Source: Nitrosopumilus sp. (GTDB taxonomy: Archaea > Thermoproteota > Nitrososphaeria > Nitrososphaerales > Nitrosopumilaceae). From it: DNA of 64,000 bases. The notes under the pieces are model-generated. The model saw only the letters and a program-made list of their open reading frames with translations. It had not been told where the DNA came from and did no database searches. Position numbers and translations under genes: made by a program. The stretch's first letter is position 1, and the number at the start of each line of letters is the position of its first letter. This document shows positions 52,916-62,667 of the stretch, piece after piece. The stretch is taken from positions 1,504,001 through 1,568,000 of the forward strand of contig OZ240211.1 in assembly GCA_965197525.1 (NCBI GenBank), in the 5' to 3' direction.

Positions 52916-53380
52916 ATGAGCACACCAACTTCAAGTCATGCGTATGGTATTGGGGTTATTGCATTAATTGTTGGCATGTCAGCTACTATGGTATTTTATA
53001 CTTCATTCTATCTTCCAGAATCTCTTCTTAAACCCTCAGTGTCTGAACATATTCTAGAACCTGAAGAAGATTTTATAGTTAAAATTGTTGCAGGCGCCCT
53101 GACTGAAGGAAATGAAAATTATGTTCCAAATAAGGCAGAAATAATTTTGGAGGCTAACAATAGGGTAATCTGGGAGAATGATGATGAGACTGCGCATACT
53201 GTCACACCTGATCATAGATATGATGATGGTTACAGTGGTCAATTCGATTCACCAGGAGTCATAAAACCTGGTGAATCTTACGAGTTCTTGTTTACAGAAG
53301 AAGCTGAAGAGATTACTTATCACTGCATACCACATCCATGGATGACTGGAACTATATCTATAGAGAAACAAAAATTCTAG
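52916..53380 (+). CDS. Membrane-anchored plastocyanin/azurin-type cupredoxin
   Basis: HTVT and YHCIPHPWM copper ligands. Confidence 0.93.
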   Translation: MSTPTSSHAYGIGVIALIVGMSATMVFYTSFYLPESLLKPSVSEHILEPEEDFIVKIVAGALTEGNENYVPNKAEIILEANNRVIWENDDETAHTVTPDHRYDDGYSGQFDSPGVIKPGESYEFLFTEEAEEITYHCIPHPWMTGTISIEKQKF

Positions 53381-53384
53381 GATA

Positions 53385-53738
53385 TTATAAAGAATAATTA
53401 GCAAAAATTATTTGACTCTCGATCTCTTTATGTTGTTCAATAATTGATGCTCTAAATTTGATTTCATGTTCTTTCTGTTTTGGCTCAAAGTTAATTGATG
53501 CAGTAAACTCTGCTTTATTCTCAGGCATTACGTCTCGATTTATAAATAATCTTGCCACATTATGAGATATTTTTTTTCCATTATATGATTTGTATATTAT
53601 ATGCTCATTAGAATCTAAAATTTGTGTATTTATTACTACTCCATCATATCTTCCTGGATACGACACATAAATTGTTCCTATGATTTCAGAATTTGGATGT
53701 ATGGTTGTCGTATTTAATTTGAATTCAATATCTTTCAC
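53385..53738 (-). CDS. Hypothetical protein
   Basis: 117 aa ORF with host-like composition; no motif recognised. Confidence 0.7.
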   Translation of the reverse strand: MKDIEFKLNTTTIHPNSEIIGTIYVSYPGRYDGVVINTQILDSNEHIIYKSYNGKKISHNVARLFINRDVMPENKAEFTASINFEPKQKEHEIKFRASIIEQHKEIESQIIFANYSL

Positions 53739-53952
53739 AAATACTTGTAACTTGCTTGGAATAATAATTTTATCACGTGACTGGTTTATATCTACACGTA
53801 GATGGTTTTAATAGACTCCGACTAGCCCTCTTCAAATGGTATGGACATACATGTCTCAAAGTAAAGACGTGTCATTAGATGTATCGGATCACAAGGTCAG
53901 CAGCATGCGTTGACTAACAAATCTTTAGGTTAGGCATAAAGTACAAAATAAC

Positions 53953-53976
53953 GTGATTCTAAATCTTTAGAATCAC
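53953..53976. promoter_or_regulatory. Perfect 11 bp inverted repeat just upstream of a TATA box (operator-like)
   Basis: GTGATTCTAAA-TC-TTTAGAATCAC; TTTAAATA follows at ~53984. Confidence 0.6.
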
Positions 53977-54050
53977 TATCTGCTTTAAATAAAGTTTGCA
54001 AGGATCATCTTTTGAACTTGAACCACTCAAACAATAGTACGACGGTAAAA

Positions 54051-56180
54051 ATGACACAACAACATGAGAAGATTCGGATAAGGGTGGGAATTGATGTTGG
54101 CGGGACATTCACTAAAGCAGTAGCCATCAATATAAAGACAGGTTCCATAATATCAAAATGTACAGTTCCTACAACTCACAATGCAGTAAAAGGAGTGTCA
54201 GAAGGCATACTGCAAGCTCTATCAAACATATTAGATGAATCGCAGATAAATATTCATGATATTGAATTAATCTCGCACAGCACAACCCAAGCAATAAACG
54301 CATTACTCGAATCTGATACCTCCAAAGTAGGAATTGTTGCAATGGGTGTAAGTCCTGAAAAGAAAAATATCATTAAACGTACAAACCTGCAAGATACCAA
54401 GATAAATTCCCAACAGGATATTAAAACATGTCACACGTTTCTAGACACATCTCATTTGATTTCTGAGCAGGAGGTAAAGCATGCCATTCAAGAATTACAA
54501 AAACAAGGAGCAGAAACCATAGTAGCAACCGAATCTTTTAGTGTCGATGATCCATCTAACGAGTTATTTGTAATGAAAAACGCAAGCGATCTTGGTATTC
54601 TGTCTACTGCATCTCATGAGATCTCCGGTATTTATGGACTGGAAATAAGAACTCTTACTAGCGCAGTTAATGCAAGCATTCTTCCAAAAACATTTCAAGT
54701 TGCAAAGTTTGTAGAAGAGGCAATACATGATACAGGTGTACAAGCTCCATTAATGATAATGAAAGGCGATGGTGGTGTAACCAATATGAATACATTTAAA
54801 ACAAAACCCATTCTTACAATTTTATCAGGTCCTGCCGCAAGTGTGGCGGGCGCATTACTTCATCTTCATGTTACAAACGGCATTTTTGTTGAAGTTGGGG
54901 GCACGAGTACAAATATCTGCATTATAAAAAATGGACGACCTGAATTTAGATACGTTACCATCAAAGAACATCCAACCTGTGTTCGTTCTATGGATGTGAG
55001 GATACTTGGAGTAGGAGGCGGCAGTATGATAAGGTGTAAAAACAACAGAGTCTCAAAGATAGGTCCTAGAAGTGCCCATATTGCTGGGTTAAAGTATGCG
55101 TGTTTTGCTGATCCGGCCGATTTGAGAACAGGTCGTATAGTCATGATAAAACCCAAAGAGGCTGACACTGACAGCTATGCTGCTATCAAATGTGAAAAGG
55201 ATACGTATGCTATAACCAATACATGCGCTGCAAATGCTCTTGGAATGATTGAGAAAGAAGATTATGCCTTTGCAAATCAAGAATCTGCAAAAATTGCAAT
55301 GGAGATCTTTGCAAAGTTTATTGGAGTCACTTTCCTTGAGATAGCCCAGTCAATTATTCAGACTGCCTCTTTTGAGATTACAAAAACAATTAGTAAAATA
55401 ATAAAAGATGTTAAATTGAATCCGCAAACTCTAAAAATAATTGGAGGTGGTGGAGGTTCTTCCGTACTGGTTCCTTTTGTTGCAAAACAATTAGGCTTTC
55501 AATACCAAAAAGCAAAACACGCTGAAGTAATATCTTCTATTGGTGTTGCATCCTCGATGCTACAAGAAGAGATTGAACATACTATGGTTGACCCAACTCC
55601 CGAACAGATAGATCTTGCGCATAAAAAAATTCATACGATTATGGTAAACAATGGTGCAGTTCCTGAATCAATTATGATTGACAGCGAATACATTTCAGAA
55701 AAATCTCTTTTGCGAGTTACAGCAATCGGAAATGTTGAACTAGATAGTTCAGATACTACAAAAAACGTGTTTACTTTGGATGAGGCAAAGACTAGAGCAA
55801 GTGAAATAGTTCAAATCTCAGAGGAGCTAATTGATCTGAGTTTTGAATCTGATCACTATCTTGTTTTTTATGGTCATATTGCTGAAAAACGTTTTTTCAG
55901 TAAGAAGAATCGCCATCCTGTAGTTGTATTAGATAGATTCGGAAAGATGAAGATGTCCTTGAATAATGGACGAATCTTTCAGGGAGGCAAAATTTCCATA
56001 TTGGAGGATTTAGATGACTTTTTAGAATCACGAAATAACGATATTGCCCCACAGGTTTATCTGATAAACGATTTTAAATTAATTGATTATTCTAGTTTAA
56101 CATCGTCCTCTCACATACTTAGTGCAGTCAAACAGGAATTAGATAGAAATGAGAGATCAGCTATAATTATTCAGGTCTGA
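54051..56180 (+). CDS. Hydantoinase/oxoprolinase family protein
   Basis: GIDVGGTFTKAV, HSTT, MKGDGG, ILSGPAAS, EVGGTSTN, GVGGGS. Confidence 0.92.
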   Translation: MTQQHEKIRIRVGIDVGGTFTKAVAINIKTGSIISKCTVPTTHNAVKGVSEGILQALSNILDESQINIHDIELISHSTTQAINALLESDTSKVGIVAMGVSPEKKNIIKRTNLQDTKINSQQDIKTCHTFLDTSHLISEQEVKHAIQELQKQGAETIVATESFSVDDPSNELFVMKNASDLGILSTASHEISGIYGLEIRTLTSAVNASILPKTFQVAKFVEEAIHDTGVQAPLMIMKGDGGVTNMNTFKTKPILTILSGPAASVAGALLHLHVTNGIFVEVGGTSTNICIIKNGRPEFRYVTIKEHPTCVRSMDVRILGVGGGSMIRCKNNRVSKIGPRSAHIAGLKYACFADPADLRTGRIVMIKPKEADTDSYAAIKCEKDTYAITNTCAANALGMIEKEDYAFANQESAKIAMEIFAKFIGVTFLEIAQSIIQTASFEITKTISKIIKDVKLNPQTLKIIGGGGGSSVLVPFVAKQLGFQYQKAKHAEVISSIGVASSMLQEEIEHTMVDPTPEQIDLAHKKIHTIMVNNGAVPESIMIDSEYISEKSLLRVTAIGNVELDSSDTTKNVFTLDEAKTRASEIVQISEELIDLSFESDHYLVFYGHIAEKRFFSKKNRHPVVVLDRFGKMKMSLNNGRIFQGGKISILEDLDDFLESRNNDIAPQVYLINDFKLIDYSSLTSSSHILSAVKQELDRNERSAIIIQV

Positions 56181-56537
56181 TGAAGAAGAGGCCTACGACC
56201 GTTTTGTTATGCTAGTATTATTGATATCCTAAACTATATTTTGATTATCCTAATCGCTTCTCATCCAAGTTGTAATATCTTAGCTACGTTACTAATTCTC
56301 AAGTATATGATATTGGGATTGAATTTCTACATAATCCTAGTCTGTAGTACAGTTTTCAAGATAATAAATGGGCCCAAAGGGCTCCGGTACGGCATCTGGA
56401 GCGGGCCCATAATGACAGCAGAAAGCGATCAGGACGCTTACAATATTACTGTCACATTATTTTTTAATTCATTTTCAATAACGTTTGCAAGAGAACTGTA
56501 ACTGGAATCAAAATAGGTAATCTGTGCGGCACGATCG

Positions 56538-57338
56538 GTGCCATTCCACCGTCATGTATTTAAAGACTTAATTCAATTCTCTATTGACGCAGGATTGTAC
56601 AGTCTATATGTCGATGAAAGCGGTCATGTGCAAAACTACCGCCCCACTACCTATCATGATCCGGAACACCGATATTTCGTACTAGGAGGAATCATAGCTG
56701 GAGCCGATCAGATCCCGATTCTTGAGCAAAAAATTGAAAGAATAATTGAAGAATATTTCGTAAGATCTGATCTACCTGACACATTCAAGCTGTCTTACCA
56801 TGGATTGCGCAATGGAACCATGCCTCCATACAACGCCCTAGATCCAGGAACCAGGTATGCTATTGCAAACGAGATGTTCAACACAATTGCAAACTCCGAC
56901 TGCCATCTTATTTCCTGTATCATAGATCTGGACTATATATACAGAAACTACATTAACAAAATACCGCAGAGAATACTGGCACTTTCATTCCTGACAGAAC
57001 GATTTCAGTATTTTCTGCTTGAACAAAAAAAATCGGGGACGATCATTCACGAGTATGTGACAAGGCAGATAAACAGAGCCATGCAGACCAACTATGGACG
57101 GTTGTTTAAGACGCATCATCTTCCACAAACTGTCAAATTCTCAAACATTGACAACAGGATAAAATTTGCAAGAGTTGCAGAGGCGCCCATCCTTCAACTC
57201 AGTGATTTTTTTGCATATTCGGTTTTGATAAGAGCAAAAACGCACGGAAAAAAGCAGGATCGGTGGAGATCCGTATCCCACAAGTATTACAATCTCGATC
57301 ACCCCAATGTCTTCAAACGTGGAAACTGTTCATTGTAA
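56538..57338 (+). CDS. DUF3800 family protein (RNase H-like acidic motifs)
   Basis: LYVDESG, YFVLGGI, and the C-terminal QxxD motif ILQLSDFFAY. Confidence 0.88.
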   Translation: MPFHRHVFKDLIQFSIDAGLYSLYVDESGHVQNYRPTTYHDPEHRYFVLGGIIAGADQIPILEQKIERIIEEYFVRSDLPDTFKLSYHGLRNGTMPPYNALDPGTRYAIANEMFNTIANSDCHLISCIIDLDYIYRNYINKIPQRILALSFLTERFQYFLLEQKKSGTIIHEYVTRQINRAMQTNYGRLFKTHHLPQTVKFSNIDNRIKFARVAEAPILQLSDFFAYSVLIRAKTHGKKQDRWRSVSHKYYNLDHPNVFKRGNCSL

Positions 57339-57341
57339 AAA

Positions 57342-57399
57342 TGGCGGTCCCTTGGATACATTGTATCCAGCGCGTTCTATACAAAACACAGGACCGTAA
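57342..57399 (+). ncRNA. Candidate structured RNA directly downstream of the DUF3800 gene
   Basis: Outer stem GCGGTCC/GGACCGT enclosing the hairpin TGGATAC-ATT-GTATCCA; starts ~4 nt after the stop codon. Confidence 0.55.
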
Positions 57400-57837
57400 T
57401 TAAAGTAAGACACGGGGCTATATATGACTTTATGAGTACGGGATCGCTAGTTGGGAGCTATATTCTGGTAGAAAGTATCTGGAGCTGGCAATCCTGCCGT
57501 GTTCTGGATGATTGTTAAGCCTCCTTTGGAAATTATAACACAGGAATGGAGAAGGTCACCATGCTATACGCGACCACAGGCATGATATGTACGATATCAT
57601 GCAGGATACGACGCCGGAGCAGCTTGACCTGATGCTAGAAGTGCTGAGACGCACAGACAATATGCAGGGAAAGACCTCACGGTAGTATCTTTAGACAAAC
57701 GGTTGTTGACGCAGATTCCGCATAGCGCCTGATCACACGTGGATTATGGATATTTGTAGGTACATTGCCAAACGGCAAGGTCGTGTTGCAGAGGCAACGA
57801 TAACAACAACAGAGATGGTTCGAACCAGATGCTATGA

Positions 57838-57912
57838 TGGGCCCAAAGGGCTTCGATCCCTTGACCATTGGATTAGAAGTCCAACACTCTATCCATGCTG
57901 AGCTATGAGCCC
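57838..57912 (-). tRNA. tRNA-Arg (TCT)
   Basis: GGGCTCA/TGGGCCC acceptor, TTGGA-CTTCTAA-TCCAA anticodon arm, AAGGG-ATCGAAG-CCCTT T arm. Confidence 0.96.
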
Positions 57913-58198
57913 AAAAATTTAGCAACAAATTCCCATTTTAAGGGTTTAGGTCTTTAGCATTTTATATGTCAATTTTTTTTGTTCTGTTTTCTTGAACACA
58001 ATATCATGTCAAAATCTTTTGAATAATTTGGTTCTGTATCAATATAATGGATTACATCGCATCAAACTATACAATGCTATCCCTATTGTGCACACGAATC
58101 ATTAATCTCCATTTAAAGAAAAATGTATAACTTGTCGCCAACTACACTGTACCCACCTCTTATTACCATCTTCTTCGTTTATGGGCGTAACCTGTGAT

Positions 58199-59056
58199 TT
58201 ATGACCAACTTTTTTGATAACTATCCCTCTCCATTTTGAAAAGAAATTGCTGTGCATATCCTGCATATGGTCCGAAATGATCTACGATTCTTTTGTGTAG
58301 AATATCGTACTGTTTTTCAGTTATTGTCTTGGTTTCTAGTTGAAATTCTTCTGCATAATATTTCTTTAAAATTCTGATCATCCATCTATCCAATGGAAAA
58401 GCTTCCAACTTGTTTAATGAAAACAGCAATACACAATCTGCCACTTTGTTTCCAACTCCTGGAATACTGCAGATCTTTTCTTTTGCCTCTTGGTAACTGT
58501 TGCATCTCTTCAAATATTCCAAATCTATCTCTTGCAATGCTATCATGTTTGCAGCTTTTTTGATGAATTTTGCACGGTATCCTACTCCACAACTTTTAAT
58601 CTCATCAATTGACGCTCTTGCAAGTTTCTCTGGTTTTGGGAATAAAAAAAACTCTCGGTTATCATATGATGCCTTGGTTCCAAATTTTTCAGATATTCTC
58701 TCTAGACTAACTCTGATCTTTTGAATATTAGAGTTTGAGGATACAATAAACGAAATTAGACATTGGAATGGATCTTGTTGCAGTATTCGCAATCCTGGAT
58801 ACTGTTTTACAGCTTTTTTTGTCGTTCCATCCTTTGAGATCATCTTTGCTATCTTTCCAAAATCATCCTTTTTTCTAAAAAAATCTGTTTTAATATTGTT
58901 ATATGACGATATATTTGCAGATTCACTAATCCTTAGAACGTCCTGACCGTTGATACAATACCAGTAATCATCACCATCATATCTTCTCCAAAGGAATACC
59001 TGCCCACTATTAATTGAGTCTTTGACATTTATCGTATTGTTACTACTATTGTGCAT
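58199..59056 (-). CDS. ogg1: 8-oxoguanine DNA glycosylase (OGG1-like, HhH-GPD)
   Basis: SINSGQVFLW, GLRILQQDPF, GVGYRAKFI, IPGVGNKVADC, FPLDRW, YAQQFLF. Confidence 0.92.
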   Translation of the reverse strand: MHNSSNNTINVKDSINSGQVFLWRRYDGDDYWYCINGQDVLRISESANISSYNNIKTDFFRKKDDFGKIAKMISKDGTTKKAVKQYPGLRILQQDPFQCLISFIVSSNSNIQKIRVSLERISEKFGTKASYDNREFFLFPKPEKLARASIDEIKSCGVGYRAKFIKKAANMIALQEIDLEYLKRCNSYQEAKEKICSIPGVGNKVADCVLLFSLNKLEAFPLDRWMIRILKKYYAEEFQLETKTITEKQYDILHKRIVDHFGPYAGYAQQFLFKMERDSYQKSWS

Positions 59057-59057
59057 T

Positions 59058-60323
59058 TTAGACAGTTATTTCATCATTTACTGTAGGCGCATATGTCTCA
59101 AATCCAAACTTTTCGTGAATTTCTTGTGCAAACAGCTCGCATGATTCAGAATCTCCATGGACTGTCCACACCTTTGGATTCCCTTTGATCTTTTCAATCA
59201 TACCAAACAACTCCTTTCTATCTGCATGTCCCGAAAATTCAAACTGTTTAACTTGGGCTTTAACACGCAAATCTTTTCCTCTTGTTGAAACCATTCCTGT
59301 GTCAAGTAATTTCTTACCCGGCGTACCATCGCCTTGATACGAAACTAGGGCTATTCCATTTTTACTATCAAAGGACAACTGTTGTAAATAATATACTGCA
59401 TTTCCTCCAACTAACATTCCTGCCGGTGATATTACAACGCAAGGCTCATCCATTGCCCTTGTTCTTTCTTTATGCGTCTTTATTTTGGTTGCACTATTAA
59501 TTGCATTCTCAAATATGTTTGAGTCTCGTAAATATTCTGGATGTTTGAACATTATGTCATTTACCTTTAATGCCATTCCATCCATTATGATCTTGTGCTT
59601 GAAATTTGCGTTTCTTAAAATACAAGCAATCTCTTGTGAACGTTCAACTGAAAATGAAGGAATAAACAGTGTTCCTTTTCTATCAATTACTTCATTTGCA
59701 AATTCTACTAATTCTGACTCTGACTCTCTTCTTGGCTTTTGCTCCTTTTTGGCATATGTACTCTCAGTGATCAACAGATCTATCTCACCTATGTCCATAT
59801 CCATCTCTCGTAACATTCGTGAGCCGTTTGTTTTAATATCCCCTGTATAGAATAACCGTTTTTTATTTGCTTCAACAAGAACGGTACTGCCACCAATCAC
59901 ATGTCCTGACTCTCGTAGCTCAAAAACTGTGTTACCTTTTGTAACTTTTTGTTTAAATCTCACCCTTTTTGCATTTTTCATCATCTTGTTTATTTCTGGC
60001 TGCTCAAAGGCATGTGAGTTTTTCTCAATCTTTAACATGTCTTCAATTAATAGTAAAGAGAGATCCAGTGTTGGAGGAGTAGCGTATACGTCTGTGTTCC
60101 CGCTTACAAATAGTGATGGAACATTACCTGAATGGTCTAGATGTGCATGAGTTATTATGATTGCATCTAGATCCTTTGGTTTCACATGTAGAGGGTATTG
60201 TGGTGGTGAGCCTCGTTTTCCAAATAACACACCATAATCAAGTAGCAATTTTGTTCCGTCACAATTTACCAAAAAACCAGATCTGCCAACCTCGTTTGCA
60301 GCTCCTAAAATTTTTACATTCAA
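59058..60323 (-). CDS. MBL-fold beta-CASP ribonuclease
   Basis: GAANEVGRS, THAHLDHSG, SGHVIG, YTGD, ESTY, FSGHAD. Confidence 0.95.
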   Translation of the reverse strand: MNVKILGAANEVGRSGFLVNCDGTKLLLDYGVLFGKRGSPPQYPLHVKPKDLDAIIITHAHLDHSGNVPSLFVSGNTDVYATPPTLDLSLLLIEDMLKIEKNSHAFEQPEINKMMKNAKRVRFKQKVTKGNTVFELRESGHVIGGSTVLVEANKKRLFYTGDIKTNGSRMLREMDMDIGEIDLLITESTYAKKEQKPRRESESELVEFANEVIDRKGTLFIPSFSVERSQEIACILRNANFKHKIIMDGMALKVNDIMFKHPEYLRDSNIFENAINSATKIKTHKERTRAMDEPCVVISPAGMLVGGNAVYYLQQLSFDSKNGIALVSYQGDGTPGKKLLDTGMVSTRGKDLRVKAQVKQFEFSGHADRKELFGMIEKIKGNPKVWTVHGDSESCELFAQEIHEKFGFETYAPTVNDEITV

Positions 60324-60436
60324 GGATTAGCTTGCATTTTTAACTAGGTTAAAACCTTTTTACCTGATGCGTCTTGATTATATTTTTTAAAGAATCTCCA
60401 CAAGCTTTAATTAGTGTTAGCTAAGATCCTATCCTC

Positions 60437-60649
60437 ATGGGAAGAAGCTACCAAGAATGGATAGGACAGCAAGATCAAGCTGTTGTCGCCAAAACACGTG
60501 CTGGTGACGAGGCAAACAAACCGCTCCTAAACCAAATTAACTGGATTTGGGTTAACAATCTGATGAATAAAAAAGCAGATCTAAATCCTTCTTCAGCAGA
60601 GCTACTTGACTGGGTTACTTCTGGTCAAATAGACGCAATGAGAAAATAA
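60437..60649 (+). CDS. Small hypothetical protein
   Basis: 70 aa ORF with protein-like composition, followed by a T-rich terminator-like tract. Confidence 0.7.
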   Translation: MGRSYQEWIGQQDQAVVAKTRAGDEANKPLLNQINWIWVNNLMNKKADLNPSSAELLDWVTSGQIDAMRK

Positions 60650-60787
60650 ACGTGCACATCACGTTATCTTTTTGTTTTTTAAATTTTTTATCTAGATTTT
60701 TCGTATATTTTGTCTAGTTACATTTCATAACAGGGTTATGGATTTGAATCATAGTTTAAATAGTGAAAAGCTGCTAGTTATTTTGTA

Positions 60788-61090
60788 ATGCCAATAGCAA
60801 TACTTCCAGACATTGATGAACAAAGATGTATCGGATGTGCACTATGTGTAGAAATCTGTACAACTCTTGGTCCTGATGTCCTTAGAGTGAAACCTGTTGA
60901 AGGCTGGAAGAGAGGTAAAGCATTTGTATTTTATCCAGAAAGATGTATTTCTGATGGCGCATGCATTGGTGTATGCCCAACAAAATCAATCTTTTGGATG
61001 AGACCAATGAATTACACTGCTGGACAACCAGTACCTCTTCATAAGAACGGCGTCTTCATCAAAGGTTGGGCAGAAGACGCAGCACTATAA
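60788..61090 (+). CDS. 4Fe-4S dicluster ferredoxin
   Basis: CIGCALCVEIC and CISDGACIGVCP. Confidence 0.95.
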   Translation: MPIAILPDIDEQRCIGCALCVEICTTLGPDVLRVKPVEGWKRGKAFVFYPERCISDGACIGVCPTKSIFWMRPMNYTAGQPVPLHKNGVFIKGWAEDAAL

Positions 61091-61117
61091 TCTGAATCTT
61101 TAGCACATTCTTTTTTC

Positions 61118-62638
61118 TTATTTTTTATTATAAAGAGATCTTCTCTTGATCTCTTTTGGCAGTCTGTCAATGAAATGCTTCAAGAATTTATCTTCTTTGT
61201 CATAGTATACTTTGGTGAATCTGTTGTTTGTAAAGAAATCATTCCATGTCTCCTCAAACACAGAAAACTCTTTTGGGTCCCAATCTACTCTGGCTGTTTC
61301 ATGATGTGCTGCAGGGAATATATCTGAGATCTCAATCGGAATTAGTCCTAACTGTGGATTATATTGACATATTTGTAACGAATCAAAATCTTTGAATCTT
61401 TTTCTTAAATTAATATATTCAAAAGACAGGTATCCTGGTTTTGTACTTGATTCTTTTGTTATGATCACTTTATCTTTCTTTGATCTGAATCGTCTTATCA
61501 TCTTGTGAAATGATTGTACTTCTGGCCTGAATTGATCCTCTTTACTGTACAAGAAGATGGCTCTCTCTTTGAATCTAGGTGTACCTGATTCTAGAAATTC
61601 ATAATTTTCTGTCATTACTTTGATCATCTCAAATAGTTTTGGATGGGCTCTTGCTTTCTTTATTACATACTCCCATAACCTGCCTTCGTAGATTGCTTGC
61701 TTTGTTTTCTCTACTTCAAGTTTTATTGTATGCAAGTTGTGAATTGCTAATGCATTGATCTTTGTGGTTGTCTCTAACTGTCGTAGCTGGTCAGGAGTGT
61801 ATCTTGAGCATATCTCACAATTGCAAGGAAATACTGTGATATCTTTTAGATATCGTGTACCATCATCTGTGATGTATCTTAGTTGTTTGGCATAAAGCAT
61901 GTATGATGCTGAGTCAAATGTATCGCATCCCAAGGCAACTGCAAATGGTATTGTAAGAGGGTGCCCTGCACCAAAGAGATGTAGTGGAATAGAGTGCGGG
62001 ATCTGTTTTTTTGCAGCCACTATCATCTGTGCCAATAATTTGTATTCATATGACTCCATGAACTCTACTGGACTTCCTAACGCAAGCATCTGAAAACCCA
62101 TATCTACTAATTTTTTTGCAGATTTCTTGACAAGCTCAAAGTGCTCTCCCCCCTGAATGGGCCCGATCCAAATTTGGCCGTTATCTTTACTATTTTCAAG
62201 CGTCTGTTTTGAAACTTTAAGTGTGTGTCTTACATATGATTCAGCTTTTTTAATTGGCAACTTGTATCCTGTTGGTTTGTCAAGTGGAATTGCAAAATCT
62301 GTCAGTATTTCTTCTTCAAACTTTGCCATATCAGGTGGCAATATGTCTACGTCTCCATATTCAAGAACTTGATAACCTCCTGAATCTGTCATAACTCCTC
62401 CGTCAAAATCTATTATCTTATGAATTCCTTCTTTTATTGCCTTGTCGCCATAATTCTTTTTTGTAATATATGCATTCGTGATTACCAACTGAAAGCCAAT
62501 CTCTTTGATCTTTTTAGATGGAATTGTCTGTTTTACCGGGTGAATAACTGGTACAAATGCAGGTGTCTGAATCTTTCCATGATTTGTATACAGTGTACCT
62601 ATTCTTCCGGCTAGATCAGTTTTTGATATTTCAAACAA
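61118..62638 (-). CDS. tgtA: Archaeosine tRNA-guanine(15) transglycosylase
   Basis: GRIG, TPAFVPV, MTDSGGYQ, LDKP, PIQGG, HLFGAGHP, DTFDSASY, CNCEIC..H. Confidence 0.95.
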   Translation of the reverse strand: MFEISKTDLAGRIGTLYTNHGKIQTPAFVPVIHPVKQTIPSKKIKEIGFQLVITNAYITKKNYGDKAIKEGIHKIIDFDGGVMTDSGGYQVLEYGDVDILPPDMAKFEEEILTDFAIPLDKPTGYKLPIKKAESYVRHTLKVSKQTLENSKDNGQIWIGPIQGGEHFELVKKSAKKLVDMGFQMLALGSPVEFMESYEYKLLAQMIVAAKKQIPHSIPLHLFGAGHPLTIPFAVALGCDTFDSASYMLYAKQLRYITDDGTRYLKDITVFPCNCEICSRYTPDQLRQLETTTKINALAIHNLHTIKLEVEKTKQAIYEGRLWEYVIKKARAHPKLFEMIKVMTENYEFLESGTPRFKERAIFLYSKEDQFRPEVQSFHKMIRRFRSKKDKVIITKESSTKPGYLSFEYINLRKRFKDFDSLQICQYNPQLGLIPIEISDIFPAAHHETARVDWDPKEFSVFEETWNDFFTNNRFTKVYYDKEDKFLKHFIDRLPKEIKRRSLYNKK

Positions 62639-62667
62639 TATGATACATCACAAAAGGCGTTATTTAA

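Larger units (their letters stand above)
56368..57852. mobile_element. Integrase-less islet at the 3' end of tRNA-Arg, bounded by 16 bp att-like direct repeats
   Basis: ATGGGCCCAAAGGGCT at 56368-56383 and at 57837-57852 (the tRNA 3' end). Confidence 0.75.

Noticed and set aside
57460-57830. Possible integrase remnant beside tRNA-Arg
   Set aside because: Short frames (e.g. HDMYDIMQDTTPEQLDLMLEVLRR) show no tyrosine-recombinase R-H-R-Y motifs.
57838-57912. A54 in the T-loop of tRNA-Arg (ATCGAAG) as a sign of a pseudo-tRNA
   Set aside because: All stems pair properly, and to my recollection this loop variant occurs in other thaumarchaeal tRNAs.
58060-58198. Cys/His-rich fragments (CYPYCAH, CITCRQLHCTH) between tRNA-Arg and ogg1
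   Set aside because: Split by a stop with no clear start; too short to support a call.
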